Below are positions 29,557-40,447 of a DNA stretch of 64,000 nucleotides, one piece after another. The notes beneath the pieces are model-generated. The model was not told where the DNA came from. It worked only from the letters and a program-made list of their open reading frames with translations, and ran no database searches. How positions within the stretch are numbered: the stretch's first letter is position 1; every line of letters begins with the position of its first letter. Origin of the DNA: Nitrosopumilus sp. (GTDB lineage Archaea > Thermoproteota > Nitrososphaeria > Nitrososphaerales > Nitrosopumilaceae); assembly GCA_965205425.1 (NCBI GenBank), contig CBDBGZ010000009.1, positions 800,001 through 864,000 of the forward strand, in the 5' to 3' direction. Made by a program: the position numbers and the translations under genes.

Positions 29557-29617
29557 GGCACCAGTCATAGTCCAAAAATTATGGAATTTCTGTAATGTAC
29601 TTGAGACTTGGGCATAA
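29546..29617 (+). pseudogene. hsdM: N-terminal stump of a type I R-M methyltransferase
   Basis: Hand-translated MSNEAPVIVQKLWNFCNVLETWA*, matching the IVQKLW..CNVL(RD) start of HsdM proteins. Confidence 0.65.
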
Positions 29618-30043
29618 TGATTTACAAAAATAAAATCTAATTTCATTCTAAATTCTCTAACAACAAAGCATTCTTTTCACAATTCTTGGATTCTCTACTC
29701 CAATAATACAGTTGTAGTAAACTGCCAACTGATACACCAACACACAAATCAGTATAAATGATTTGACATTGTGCAATCCTTTTATAGTTTAGGCAAATAA
29801 TTTTTGAACGAATTATTAACTATTTTAATCCAAAAGATCTAGATCACAGAATTCGTTTTAAAAAACCATGTCAAAGAGTACAAGACAATCCAAGGTTTCC
29901 TCTGGAAATCAATTCATGAAAGGTACAAGCATTAATTTTTTGAGAAAAGCATGTAAAAATGAACGTATACCTCGGAGCATAATTCTTTGCAATTTTTCAA
30001 AACAAATAGCAATACTTTTTGATCAGTAGTTAGAAATAATTTC

Positions 30044-31028
30044 ATGGACATCACAAATGACGAGTTACTCCAGGTCTACAAAAAAGAAAAAAATATTCAC
30101 AAAAAAACAAGATTACATGCAATGTGCATTATTAAAATCAACGAATCCACAATTGCTGAAACTGTAAGCCAAATGTTTTGTACATGCAATTCTGTAATGA
30201 ACTGGCTTGATTCATTTGAAAAATATGGATTGGAGGACCCCCCCTCGTTCTGGCCGTCCGCCATTAATCTCACATAAAACATTACAAAAAATAGAGCGTA
30301 CATTTAAGAGAATTTCAGACGGCATGACTCCAAAGAAACTGATACAATTCATATTTTACAGAACACGCATTACATAGCAAATCACTCATGTGCGTCGTTT
30401 GATGCACAAATGGAATCTAAAACCAAAGGTTCGACAAAAGGTACATGTGCGAGCAGCATCCAAGTATACATGCCGCAAGTGGAATAGTCGCATCATTTCA
30501 CGCGTAGAAAAGGCAAAAAAGAATGGTTTTACAGTATTCATCCAAGACGAATCAGTATTTGTAGACGATGTGCGTCTTGGCAAAAAATACTGGACAGATG
30601 CACACCAAAGAATGATTGTACGTTGGAGAGGATCGCACCAAAGATTTTTGGTTTATGGAAATGATGATAATCAAAGTTTTTTTAGATCGTATGAAAAATT
30701 TAATTCAATTGCATTTATGGATTATTTGGAGGCAGCTCGTAAAAAATTTGGAAAAATATTTGTTATTGTTGATAGGGCACCGCAACACAAAGCTAATGAT
30801 GTGAAAAAATATTTGCACAAAAACAAAGATGTCAAACTGGCATATCTTCTGAGAGGCTCCCCGCATTTGAGTATGATTGAAGAGGTTTGGAGACAGTGCA
30901 AACATGTTAATGTTGAATCAGAATTTTATGAATCTATTCATGAGATGAGACATACAGTTATGGAATATTTTAGAACGCACAAATTTAATTTGAATATGTA
31001 TCAGTATTTTGCAAGAACAGTAAATTGA
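30044..31028 (+). mobile_element. IS630-family transposase, frameshifted/degraded
   Basis: HTH fragment 30044-30277; DDE part FIQDES, IVDRAPQH, SPHLSMIEEVW. Confidence 0.85.
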
Positions 31029-31029
31029 A

Positions 31030-31763
31030 AAGACTTATGATCTGGGGTATAAGATGCAAAGATTGCAAGACAGATTATAGACCGTTTGCTGGAACATGGT
31101 TTGATATCATCAACATTAATTTTACAAAATGGTTGGCCCTAGTCAAACTATTTGATATTGGGATTAGTGCAAGACGTGCAGCTATAGAAGCAGATGTCAG
31201 TTATCCAACTTGCACTAAATGCTTTTGATTGCATCAGATATTCAATACTGTATCACTTGGCAGAATCAGACAAGAAATTAAAAGGTAAAATTGAGGCTGA
31301 CGAGGCGACTATTTTGGAGGAAAAAGAAAGGGAAATCGTGGCAGAGGTGCCAAGAACAAGACCATCGTATTTGGCATACTGGAAAGAAAGGGAAAAGTTC
31401 ACATTGAGATTGTAAACAATGTCAAAGCTAAAACTCTTCTTGCAAGCACCATCAAAAAAATAAAGAAAGGAAGCATTGTGTATACGGACAAGTGGAGAGG
31501 ATATGATTCTCTAATTTTCAACGGTTACAAACATCTCTCAGTTGATCACAGCAAGATGTTTGGTAAAGGCGATGTTTACATAAATGGAATCGAAGGGTTT
31601 TGGAGTTTTGCAAAAGAGAACATGGCAAAGCATCACGGAGTAAGTCCAGGTAAATTCTTGTTGTACATCAAAGAGATGGAGTGGAGATACAACAACAGAG
31701 ATGGAAGATACTTTCTCATTATTGCTTGATTATATGTTGGGGGTAAATAATTGATAATCACCT
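31030..31763 (+). mobile_element. IS1595-family (ISXO2-like) transposase pseudogene
   Basis: Fragments RCKDC, IEADE, frameshifted KGNRGRGAKNKTIVFGILER, YTDKWRGY, INGIEGFWS, E.EWRYN; possible terminal repeat TAATTGATAATCACCT 31748-31763. Confidence 0.85.
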
Positions 31764-31778
31764 AATTTTAATTATAAA

Positions 31779-32094
31779 GGTAGTAGATCTGCTGGCTCCA
31801 GTCTAGACGAATAGCCCCATTTCAAGGCGTACAAGATCCGCCACGTTGACGAGGAAGCGTGGATGCCCCACCTTAGGATTGCTCCCTCCCGGACCTCATC
31901 CCTTTCGATGGTTCGGTCTTAGAAGTTATCCCTTCGGATATTTCTAGTCCTGCAACCACCCGCCTCGGCGTGATTTCATTTCCGCACACCAAGCGGGAAT
32001 TACCCTTCTAGAGATTTACCCAACAGTTGCTGATCTCTGCATATAGCCGGTTTCAGAATAGGGCACGGCTGGCACCCTGATCCTACCTACTACC
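31779..32094 (-). ncRNA. ffs: Archaeal SRP (7S) RNA
   Basis: ~316-nt GC-rich tract; terminal helix GGTAGTAG/CTACTACC; helix-8-like AGGTCCGGGAGGGAGCA; GNRA hairpins. Confidence 0.9.
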
Positions 32095-32125
32095 ATTTTT
32101 CCTAAGAAAGTATGTTATATTTGCA

Positions 32126-33040
32126 TTAGGTTTGATTTTCTTTTAGTTTTAAAACTACACTACACACTGAGCATACTTTTCCTGTACAATCATTTCCACA
32201 TTTTTCACATTTTGTTTTTTCTTTAGTGTTTGAATTCTTTACAACTTGAGACACTTTGAGAATTGATTGATACAAGTTATTTTTTATTCCACTATGTTGA
32301 TTTTCTATTGAATTCAAAAATTCTCTAATCTCTGTTCTAATTCCTTCATTCATGTGAGGACATGGTTCTGATTGAAATGGGATGTCATTTGTAAATGCAT
32401 AAAAAACTATTTCAGATTCATAGATCTCACAAAACGGTTTTATTTTTCTTAAATCATTCATAGAAGTATCAGGATCCATCCATCCAATCTTAGTTGTATC
32501 TCCTGAAAGCATGTTAATGACAAATGTTTGTAATGTATCATCTAGATTGTGACCAGTTGCAATTACATTAGCACCTATATCTTTGGCTGCATAATCTATT
32601 GCCCTTCTTCTTAATGTTCCACAAATTGAACATGATGAAGTTTTTTCATTTTCTCTCAAATCTAATGCTTCATCAAGGGTTAATTCAAAAAGATCCTTGT
32701 AAGAATAAACTTTATGTTCTACGTTAAGCTCTTTACAAAACTTTTCAACAATTTCTAATGCCTCATTTCTATACCCTGGGATGCCTTCATCGATAGTAAT
32801 TGCTTTAATTCTAAAACTGTGAGTTAATGCCATTTCATTAATAATTTTTAATAATGCCAGAGAATCTTTTCCTCCAGAAACTGCAACAGCTACTAACTCA
32901 TCATGTTTAATCATGTTATATTTTGAAATAGTCTTTGCAGTTTTTCTTACAATGGATCTTGAGAAACATTGTGAACAAAGCTTTTCACCTGAATATTTTC
33001 TAGTATATGCTGCAGGATTTTCACATCTGTCACAATTCAT
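32126..33040 (-). CDS. tRNA 2-thiolation protein (TtuA/Ctu1, TIGR00269-like)
   Basis: Zn fingers at both ends, SGGKDS, CSICG..RR, TGHNLDD, PCPH. Confidence 0.9.
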   Translation of the reverse strand: MNCDRCENPAAYTRKYSGEKLCSQCFSRSIVRKTAKTISKYNMIKHDELVAVAVSGGKDSLALLKIINEMALTHSFRIKAITIDEGIPGYRNEALEIVEKFCKELNVEHKVYSYKDLFELTLDEALDLRENEKTSSCSICGTLRRRAIDYAAKDIGANVIATGHNLDDTLQTFVINMLSGDTTKIGWMDPDTSMNDLRKIKPFCEIYESEIVFYAFTNDIPFQSEPCPHMNEGIRTEIREFLNSIENQHSGIKNNLYQSILKVSQVVKNSNTKEKTKCEKCGNDCTGKVCSVCSVVLKLKENQT

Positions 33041-33084
33041 GAAATTATCTTGTTTTTTTCATTAATGATTCTTTAGGTATTTTT

Positions 33085-34305
33085 TTAGATTGTGAACCAT
33101 CCTGATTTCCAGTATGATAAGGCAATATTGAGACCAAACAACGCAAAGGTGAATGCGTATATTCCCCACATTACTGTATTGACAGATTTATCTGAAATCC
33201 TTTTGTCAATAATTGTATGAATGAATTTCCCACCATCTAAGATTGGTAAAGGAAGCATATTGATTATACCAATGAAAAATGAAATCATCCAAAGCCACAA
33301 CAAAAACATTGAGATGTTAAAATCTATGTTTGTCCAATCAATAAAATTCATTACAGGTTTGTATGGAATTGAATTATCTCTCATAATTCCTATTAATCCT
33401 CTGTTAGGATCATTTGGATCAGCCATTACTTCTAATCCAAATTCTAATGCTTGACCATCTCTAATCACAGAAACACTAGCTGTTTCTCCAGGATTTAAGA
33501 TGGGGAAATCCGCCGGACCACGAATCGGTACATCATTAATCGTAGTAATAATGTCATTCGCAAGCAATCCTGCTTGTTCAGCTCCTGAATTTTCTATAAT
33601 TGAAAGTATCAAAACACCTTTTGATAATTCATAAAATGTGTTCAATATGGGTTCACCAAATAGTGGAATACTTTCTAAAACCATTCCAAAAATTGGATTT
33701 GTTAGCATAATGGCACCTAACACAATTGCAAATAATACATTCGATGTAGCGCCTGCCCCGATCACTCTTAATTTTGAAATCTTTTTAGCTTTATCAAATT
33801 CCTCTTCATCTGGTTCTACAAATCCTGCAAATAATGCAATGAATACTGCAAATCCACCAGTTTTAATTTTTATTTTTTCTAATGCAGCAACTATACCATG
33901 TGCTCCTTCATGCATAACTAGTACGATTGGAATTGAAAGTAGAAAATATGCAATAGCTGGTGCTGAAGTTAATGTAACTCCTGGAATTAAGACTGTTAAT
34001 TGTGAAAATGCCTCTTCTTCTACAAAAAAGTTTGAAACATTATTTATTAAAAAGTAAAATGCAAATCCCATCATAATAAAACCTGCAATTACACTTACAT
34101 CTGCAAAAACTCTGATGCCTCTTTTTGTTCGTCCAAGTAATTTGATTAATACATCATTAACACCTTTATTCTTGTATACGAGGCTATACGCCTTTAATTC
34201 AAAACCATATTTTTCTAATTTGAGAGCTTTTGCAATTACTATAATGACTACCCAAGCCATTAAGACATAGATTATTGCATTCTGAGTAATAAAATCAAGT
34301 TCCAA
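33085..34305 (-). CDS. Site-2 protease (M50) with PDZ domain
   Basis: HEGAH, NMLPLPILDGG, PDZ; start probably TTG near 34305. Confidence 0.9.
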   Translation of the reverse strand: MELDFITQNAIIYVLMAWVVIIVIAKALKLEKYGFELKAYSLVYKNKGVNDVLIKLLGRTKRGIRVFADVSVIAGFIMMGFAFYFLINNVSNFFVEEEAFSQLTVLIPGVTLTSAPAIAYFLLSIPIVLVMHEGAHGIVAALEKIKIKTGGFAVFIALFAGFVEPDEEEFDKAKKISKLRVIGAGATSNVLFAIVLGAIMLTNPIFGMVLESIPLFGEPILNTFYELSKGVLILSIIENSGAEQAGLLANDIITTINDVPIRGPADFPILNPGETASVSVIRDGQALEFGLEVMADPNDPNRGLIGIMRDNSIPYKPVMNFIDWTNIDFNISMFLLWLWMISFFIGIINMLPLPILDGGKFIHTIIDKRISDKSVNTVMWGIYAFTFALFGLNIALSYWKSGWFTI

Positions 34306-34348
34306 ACTAGTTGTTAATTTTTTAAAGTACGGACATTTATCGTTTACT

Positions 34349-34660
34349 ATGAAACCAGTAATAATTATCTCCACATACCCTAACAAAAAATCAATTTCTA
34401 AAATTGCAAGCGAGCTTGTAAAAAATAAGACAATTGCATGTGTAAATATTTCTAAAATTTCTTCAATTTACTCTTGGAAAGGAAAAATTGAAAATTCTTC
34501 AGAATACATTGCTATTTTCAAAACTATTACTAAAAATAAGACAACACTGAAAAAGAAAATCAAAGAAACTCATCCATATGATGTTCCTGAAATAGCTGAA
34601 ATTGATGTCAAATCAATTAACAAATCTTATCTAAAATGGTTAGTTGATTCAACCAACTAA
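34349..34660 (+). CDS. cutA: Divalent cation tolerance protein CutA
   Basis: IACVN, SIYSWKG, HPYDVPEI. Confidence 0.93.
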   Translation: MKPVIIISTYPNKKSISKIASELVKNKTIACVNISKISSIYSWKGKIENSSEYIAIFKTITKNKTTLKKKIKETHPYDVPEIAEIDVKSINKSYLKWLVDSTN

Positions 34661-35709
34661 GATTCTACTGCATATCGTAACAAAGAAACAATTCCACCTA
34701 AACCTGATACTCTGAGACCAATATCTGTTGATGAATCAACACTGTAAATTTTCACTCCCTTGTTTTCTGCATCATTTAGAAAGTCCATCATTTCTTGTTC
34801 ATTATTATTTTGAATCACTTTATCTGAAAATACTAGTGATTCAACTGCTCCCATTTGATTTGCGTTAAATGTTTCATCATATCCCATAGTGAATTTTCTA
34901 CTTGTTTTGTTTGCTAGAATCATCACTTCATCAATTATTGATGAGGCTTTAGCTAGTTTACTATCTGACATTATTTCTTGCATGGATTGAGATTTTGTGA
35001 ACGTGTATATTCCATCTTCACCCCCAGAATCTATCCCTTCTACAACTTGAATCTTGTATTTTTGAAGTTTCTGTGATTTTTCAATAAAATTTGCAAATCT
35101 TTTTTTTGTTTCACCAGGACCAAAAATTACTATAGTATCTCCTTCTTTGAAAATTGTTGATATTGCTTGTTGAACTTGTTCAAAGAATTTTTCAATATTA
35201 AAATTAGTCTTGTATCTCTTTCCTCCAGAACCTGAATACATATTTGGCATAAATTCTAAATGGGTACCTCTTAATCTTGCAATCCCACTGTCACTTGTGT
35301 CAATTGCAACTAGAACAAAGCTTACTTGATTATTACTTGATCTTAAAAGTTTTTTTTCAATTGGTAGCCATTTTTTCTTTGAAATTGTAATTCCATCATT
35401 TAGTTTTAGAATAAAAGAATGATGTGATCCATGTGGTACTGATTCATTACTTGATTCAGATATTGTACCTCCAACTCTTAATCTGTCTAAAACATCATCA
35501 AGTGAAATTTTTTCTACTGTTAAAGCAATTCTAACTTTAATTCTTTCTCCTTTATCTGGTCTTGAATAATCTTTATCTTGTTTTAGAACTCTTGTTGTAT
35601 CTCCAATCACTTTATCATTTTCTTTAATTATTCGACGTAAATTCAAAAGATCTTCTGAATCTTCAGGAATCACCGAAATTGAATTTTCATCTATTTCTTT
35701 TGTGATCAT
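34657..35709 (-). CDS. pelA: Pelota mRNA surveillance factor
   Basis: PEDSEDL..L, HGSHHS, GPG, LGGIVSLLRY. Confidence 0.92.
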   Translation of the reverse strand: MITKEIDENSISVIPEDSEDLLNLRRIIKENDKVIGDTTRVLKQDKDYSRPDKGERIKVRIALTVEKISLDDVLDRLRVGGTISESSNESVPHGSHHSFILKLNDGITISKKKWLPIEKKLLRSSNNQVSFVLVAIDTSDSGIARLRGTHLEFMPNMYSGSGGKRYKTNFNIEKFFEQVQQAISTIFKEGDTIVIFGPGETKKRFANFIEKSQKLQKYKIQVVEGIDSGGEDGIYTFTKSQSMQEIMSDSKLAKASSIIDEVMILANKTSRKFTMGYDETFNANQMGAVESLVFSDKVIQNNNEQEMMDFLNDAENKGVKIYSVDSSTDIGLRVSGLGGIVSLLRYAVES

Positions 35710-35741
35710 GATATTGTACTATTTTAGAAAAAGAAAATAGT

Positions 35742-36242
35742 TTAACTTGTTGGTTCTTCTGTTTTTGTTTCTTCAGATTTCTTTTTTAGATAATTTTCAA
35801 CCCATTCTATAGTAAGAACACCTGATTCAGATAGATTTGTAAGAGAATTAGCTGATGCATCTCCAGACACTTTACCATTGTTTCTTTTTATCTGTCTCCA
35901 CTTCAAAGATGTATTTCCACTTTTTGAATTATAGATTATACCTAAAACATCTTTTCCATTAACAAATGTGATATCTCTAATTTTTTTTAGTGTAACTTTA
36001 TCAGCTGCTTCTACATAGATTGCCCCTAGACTATCTTCCCTTTCTGCAAAAACCTCTGAATCTTCCAAATATGCTCTTGGTGCATAAGACATGCATGTGC
36101 TAGTAATTACAAATCTTCTGAAACTTTCCAATGAGGCAGGAGTGTCTATTGAAACCATTTGGAATGATTGAACAATTGGCCATTTATCAAGCTTCTTGAA
36201 AGACTCAATAGGAAACTGATTGAAATATGGCTTGCAGGCCAT
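35742..36242 (-). CDS. Hypothetical protein (start uncertain)
   Basis: Host-like ORF; likely start at MVSIDTP. Confidence 0.65.
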   Translation of the reverse strand: MACKPYFNQFPIESFKKLDKWPIVQSFQMVSIDTPASLESFRRFVITSTCMSYAPRAYLEDSEVFAEREDSLGAIYVEAADKVTLKKIRDITFVNGKDVLGIIYNSKSGNTSLKWRQIKRNNGKVSGDASANSLTNLSESGVLTIEWVENYLKKKSEETKTEEPTS

Positions 36243-36329
36243 GATGTACCTATCCCTTTGATTGATGATGAGGATCTTGAGTTCTGAGCCTGCATTAGGA
36301 TTTTAATTAATGATAATAATTATCAAAAT

Positions 36330-36749
36330 ATGAAATCCCTGACTGAATACTTGACTTTTAAAGTTAAAACCAGAAGAGCCTTTGTTAACATTACATCTGA
36401 TGTAAGAAACCTAGTAACAAAAAGCAAAATCCAAGAAGGTCTTTGTCTTGTCAATGCAATGCATATCACTGCAAGTATTTTCATTAATGATAATGAAGAT
36501 GGATTACTTGACGATTATGAAAAATGGTTAGAAGGATTAGCTCCACATGCACCAACATCACAATATGATCATAACGAAACTGGTGAGGATAATGCAGATG
36601 CACATCTAAAACGACAAGTAATGGGAAGAGAAGTTGTTGTTGCTATTACTAAAGGTGAATTAGATTTTGGACCCTGGGAAGAAATTTTCTATGGAGAATT
36701 TGACGGAAAAAGATCAAAAAGAGTTTTAGTTAAAATTATTGGCGAATAA
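36330..36749 (+). CDS. yjbQ: YjbQ/UPF0047 family protein
   Basis: [31 protein letters not shown]. Confidence 0.92.
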   Translation: MKSLTEYLTFKVKTRRAFVNITSDVRNLVTKSKIQEGLCLVNAMHITASIFINDNEDGLLDDYEKWLEGLAPHAPTSQYDHNETGEDNADAHLKRQVMGREVVVAITKGELDFGPWEEIFYGEFDGKRSKRVLVKIIGE

Positions 36750-36914
36750 TTATCCAAAGTCTGCATCACGTTTTTGACTTTGTGATTCATTCTTTCTTGC
36801 TGCATCTCTGAATTCATCATTGTGATTTTGAGGACCATGTCCACATTTTACACATGCAATTTTGAATCCATCTTCATTTTTTTCATAAGTTTCACAGCCA
36901 CAGAAACATGCCAT
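36750..36914 (-). CDS. Small Cys/His-rich protein (54 aa)
   Basis: Hand-translated MACFCGCETYEKNEDGFKIACVKCGHGPQNH...; exactly fills the gap. Confidence 0.7.
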   Translation of the reverse strand: MACFCGCETYEKNEDGFKIACVKCGHGPQNHNDEFRDAARKNESQSQKRDADFG

Positions 36915-36962
36915 GATTGAATATAATTTCTAAGATGATATATCTTTTGGGTTATAATTCTA

Positions 36963-37418
36963 CTAAACAGATCTACAACATTCGCCCATTGGAATTTCGT
37001 GATCATGTGGACATTTTCTTGGGTGTTTTAGCATTACACATAGAGCATCTGTAAATTGTTTATTCATATGATGTTCAATACCACAAACCATTTCTTCATC
37101 AATTGCTACTTTGAGTGCACTATCCATAAGAACTTCTAACAATCTGCTGTTTCTCATCATACTTGCGCCTATTCTTTCACCATCTTCAGTTAGTCTTACT
37201 CCTGCTTTATTGTAATTTACAAGATTTTTCAAATTTAGTTTTTTGAGCATTTGCACAACACTTGGTTGTCTCACGTTGAGCATTTTTGCAATGGTGCTAA
37301 TTTTAACATCTTCTCCTCTTTCTTTTATGTGCCAAATTGCTTTGAGATACATCTCTACATGTTCTGCTTCTGCGGTACCTACAAAGAGAGTCTCTTCATC
37401 ATCATTTAATGGGTCCAT
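36963..37418 (-). CDS. DtxR/MntR-family metal-dependent regulator
   Basis: EMYLKAI, PSV..MLKKL, RLLE, C.IEH, CPH...IP. Confidence 0.9.
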   Translation of the reverse strand: MDPLNDDEETLFVGTAEAEHVEMYLKAIWHIKERGEDVKISTIAKMLNVRQPSVVQMLKKLNLKNLVNYNKAGVRLTEDGERIGASMMRNSRLLEVLMDSALKVAIDEEMVCGIEHHMNKQFTDALCVMLKHPRKCPHDHEIPMGECCRSV

Positions 37419-37419
37419 A

Positions 37420-38187
37420 CTATACCTTCTTGGAATCTTTTAATAAATATTCAAAGTATTGACGTGCAAATCCTGCTAATCCTGCATGATCTGCCCATAT
37501 TGCTACTACTTCTGAAGAATTCACACCTCCAATTTCTGGTCCTAATAGAATCACCACATATCTTTTATCAGAAATTATACCTCCCCCAAACAATCCTTTC
37601 TTGATAGTTACTTTGGCAACTCTTTTGATTGCCTTGATTGATTCTTTATCCATTTTATCTGATGTAAGAATTGTAATATCTACTCCTTTATCATGAAGAG
37701 ATCTTAATTTTGGTAATGCTTGTTTTACAAGTTCGACTCCTGCTTCAGGTAATGCAATCATTACTTCATTTCTACAAGTCTCTACCATCTCTAAAATTTT
37801 AGCTGCAATATTTACTGCTCCAGATAATACCCAAATGTCTGGTCTTTCACTAGTACCACTTTTTTCATATAGTGGAACTAATTCATTTAGAATTACATTT
37901 TGATTTAAAGAAAAATCAGTTTCCATTTTTTGTTTTGTAGTTTCTAAACCTGTAGATGGAGACTTTGCAAAATATTTTGTTGGTCTTGAATCATCTGAAC
38001 CAATCCATCCTTTTTCTTCTAGAGTTCCTAGAACTTCATAAATTTTTGAGTATGGTACTCCTGATTTTTGGCTAAGATCTGATGCTGTTAATTCTCCTGA
38101 TTTGAGCAAAGCTGAAAATGTTCTAATTTCATAACTTGTTAGACCAATTTTCTCTAATGCCTTTCTTGTTTTATCTGATATACTCAT
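37420..38187 (-). CDS. TrmB-family transcriptional regulator
   Basis: GLTSYE, SGVPYSKIYEVL..L..KGW, RPTKY. Confidence 0.92.
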   Translation of the reverse strand: MSISDKTRKALEKIGLTSYEIRTFSALLKSGELTASDLSQKSGVPYSKIYEVLGTLEEKGWIGSDDSRPTKYFAKSPSTGLETTKQKMETDFSLNQNVILNELVPLYEKSGTSERPDIWVLSGAVNIAAKILEMVETCRNEVMIALPEAGVELVKQALPKLRSLHDKGVDITILTSDKMDKESIKAIKRVAKVTIKKGLFGGGIISDKRYVVILLGPEIGGVNSSEVVAIWADHAGLAGFARQYFEYLLKDSKKV

Positions 38188-38305
38188 CTGCGATCTTATC
38201 GATCAGTTTTGCTATTTAAATCAGATATGCCTACCTCCTAAATTCCACCCTAGGGCAAGTATGAAATGGATTATATACTATCTTGGAAAAATTCCCATTG
38301 TAGGC

Positions 38306-39970
38306 ATGGCACTAATTCAAATATCCAATCAATCAACCAAAAATTTAGGTAAAAAATCTACAATTAGATTCACTCAAAGTATTTGTCCAGATTGTAACAT
38401 GATTTTAGATGCTGAAGTCTTTGAGAGAGATAACCAAGTCTTCATGTCAAAAGTTTGTCCAACTCACGGTGAATGTGAGGAATTATACTTTGGTTCTTAT
38501 GAAATGTACAAGAAATTTAGTACATATTGGATGGATGGCAAAGGTGCTCATTCTCCAAATGTGATGATTGACAAATGTTCATGTCCAAATAATTGTGGAT
38601 TATGTTCAAACCACTTATCACATAGTGGGCTAGCAAACATGATTGTAACTAATAGATGTGATTTAACATGCTGGTACTGTTTCTTCTATGTTAAGAAAGG
38701 CCTTGAAGGTGCTTACATGTATGAGCCAGACCATACTCAAGTCAGAGGTATGATGAAAACTCTCCGAGCCGAGAGACCAATTCCAGGAAACTCTATGCAA
38801 ATTACTGGTGGTGAACCAATGCTTAGAGAAGATATTGCAGATGTAATCAAAATAATGAAAGAAGAAGGCGTTGATCACATTCAAATGAATACTAACGGTA
38901 TTAGACACGCAATGGATCCTGAAGCTGCAAGAGAAGTAAGACTTGCAGGATGTAACAACTTGTATCTTTCTTTTGATGGTGTAACTGCAAGAACAAACCC
39001 AAAGAATCACTGGGAAATCCCATATGCACTTGATAGTTGTAGAAAAACAGGTACTACAGTAGTATTTGTCCCAACAGTAATCAAATCAATTAACGACCAC
39101 GAACTAGGTGGAATTATCAGATATGCACAAAAGAATATGGATGTAGTTCATGCTGTAAACTTCCAACCAGTATCATTAACTGGAAGAATGGGTAAATCTG
39201 AACGTGAAAAATATAGAATTACAGTTCCAGATTGTGTTCAAAGAATTGAAGAACAAACAAACGGTGAAGTAACTGTTGATGATTGGTTCCCAGTTCCAAG
39301 TTGTATGCCACTAACAAATGTAATTGAAGCATTCTCAAGTAAACCAAAGTATGAATTATCAATTCACTTTGCTTGTGGTGCAGGAACATACATCTTTGAA
39401 GATGCAGATACAAAGAAATTTGTTCCATTAACAAAATTCTGTGACATTCAAGGAATGTTAGAACTCTTTGAAGATAAAGCAGAAGAAATTCGTTCTGGTA
39501 AAAACAAATACTTTACAATGCTTGAAGTTGTTAGAAAACTCAAAGGCTTTGTTGATACAAAGAAACAACCAGCAGGGTTAGATTTAGCAAAGATGTTTGG
39601 TAACATCTTGATGAAGAGATCATTTGATTCAGTTGGTTCATGGCACGTCAAGGGATTATTCCTTGGTATGATGCACTTCCAAGACAAATACAATGAAGAC
39701 CTTGAAAGATTACAAAGATGTGATATTCACTATGTAACTCCAGACCTTAGAATAGTTCCATTCTGTGCATTCAATGTAATTCCAGAATGGTATAGAGATA
39801 GAATCCAAAAGAAATATTCTATCACCGTAGAGGAATGGGAAGAACGAGAAGGCGTCAAACTAGAAGATGGCCTTTACAGAGGTCTTATGAGACGTGGTGC
39901 AGGTGATGAACTTGCTGCTGGCTGTGCAAAGAGTCAGATGTTCCATGACGCTTCTCAAGCAACTATGTAA
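38306..39970 (+). CDS. tes: Radical SAM tetraether lipid synthase (Tes/GDGT-MAS-like)
   Basis: SICPDC..CPTHG rubredoxin-like, CPNNCGLC..H, CDLTCWYC, FQPVS..GR, RCDIHY...PFC. Confidence 0.85.
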   Translation: MALIQISNQSTKNLGKKSTIRFTQSICPDCNMILDAEVFERDNQVFMSKVCPTHGECEELYFGSYEMYKKFSTYWMDGKGAHSPNVMIDKCSCPNNCGLCSNHLSHSGLANMIVTNRCDLTCWYCFFYVKKGLEGAYMYEPDHTQVRGMMKTLRAERPIPGNSMQITGGEPMLREDIADVIKIMKEEGVDHIQMNTNGIRHAMDPEAAREVRLAGCNNLYLSFDGVTARTNPKNHWEIPYALDSCRKTGTTVVFVPTVIKSINDHELGGIIRYAQKNMDVVHAVNFQPVSLTGRMGKSEREKYRITVPDCVQRIEEQTNGEVTVDDWFPVPSCMPLTNVIEAFSSKPKYELSIHFACGAGTYIFEDADTKKFVPLTKFCDIQGMLELFEDKAEEIRSGKNKYFTMLEVVRKLKGFVDTKKQPAGLDLAKMFGNILMKRSFDSVGSWHVKGLFLGMMHFQDKYNEDLERLQRCDIHYVTPDLRIVPFCAFNVIPEWYRDRIQKKYSITVEEWEEREGVKLEDGLYRGLMRRGAGDELAAGCAKSQMFHDASQATM

Positions 39971-39994
39971 AAGAATTAATTTTCTTCTTTAATT

Positions 39995-40375
39995 TTATTC
40001 ATTTTCAATTGATTTTAAAAATTTTCTAAGATCTTCAACTTCTTTTTTAGATGCTTTTCCTTCTAAAAGATCTAAAAGTATTCTAAAGTTTTTTGCCATT
40101 AATGGACTCTGTTTCATTGATTGTTCATGCTCAATTTTCATCTGAGTTTTTCTGTGCCAATTACCAATCAATATGGCAGCTGGAATGTATGCTACTAAAA
40201 ATATGATCACAAATATCCAAAGATTCGAAAAAACCTCGCCTAAGACATTAATTTCCTCAATTAACAATCTATAAAAAATTAAAACGAAATTCACAAATGA
40301 CATTGCAAAAACAAGATACATTCCATGACCTTGACGAAAATCATACCAACGCCTTCTAAACCATGTGTTATTCAC
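39995..40375 (-). CDS. Two-TM hypothetical protein
   Basis: Two hydrophobic helices. Confidence 0.7.
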   Translation of the reverse strand: MNNTWFRRRWYDFRQGHGMYLVFAMSFVNFVLIFYRLLIEEINVLGEVFSNLWIFVIIFLVAYIPAAILIGNWHRKTQMKIEHEQSMKQSPLMAKNFRILLDLLEGKASKKEVEDLRKFLKSIENE

Positions 40376-40447
40376 AATTGTTAGTAAGTTAAAACAGAAT
40401 TAAGAACTAACTAGTTTAATTTTTTTAATTTCTAGATGATGTTGAAT

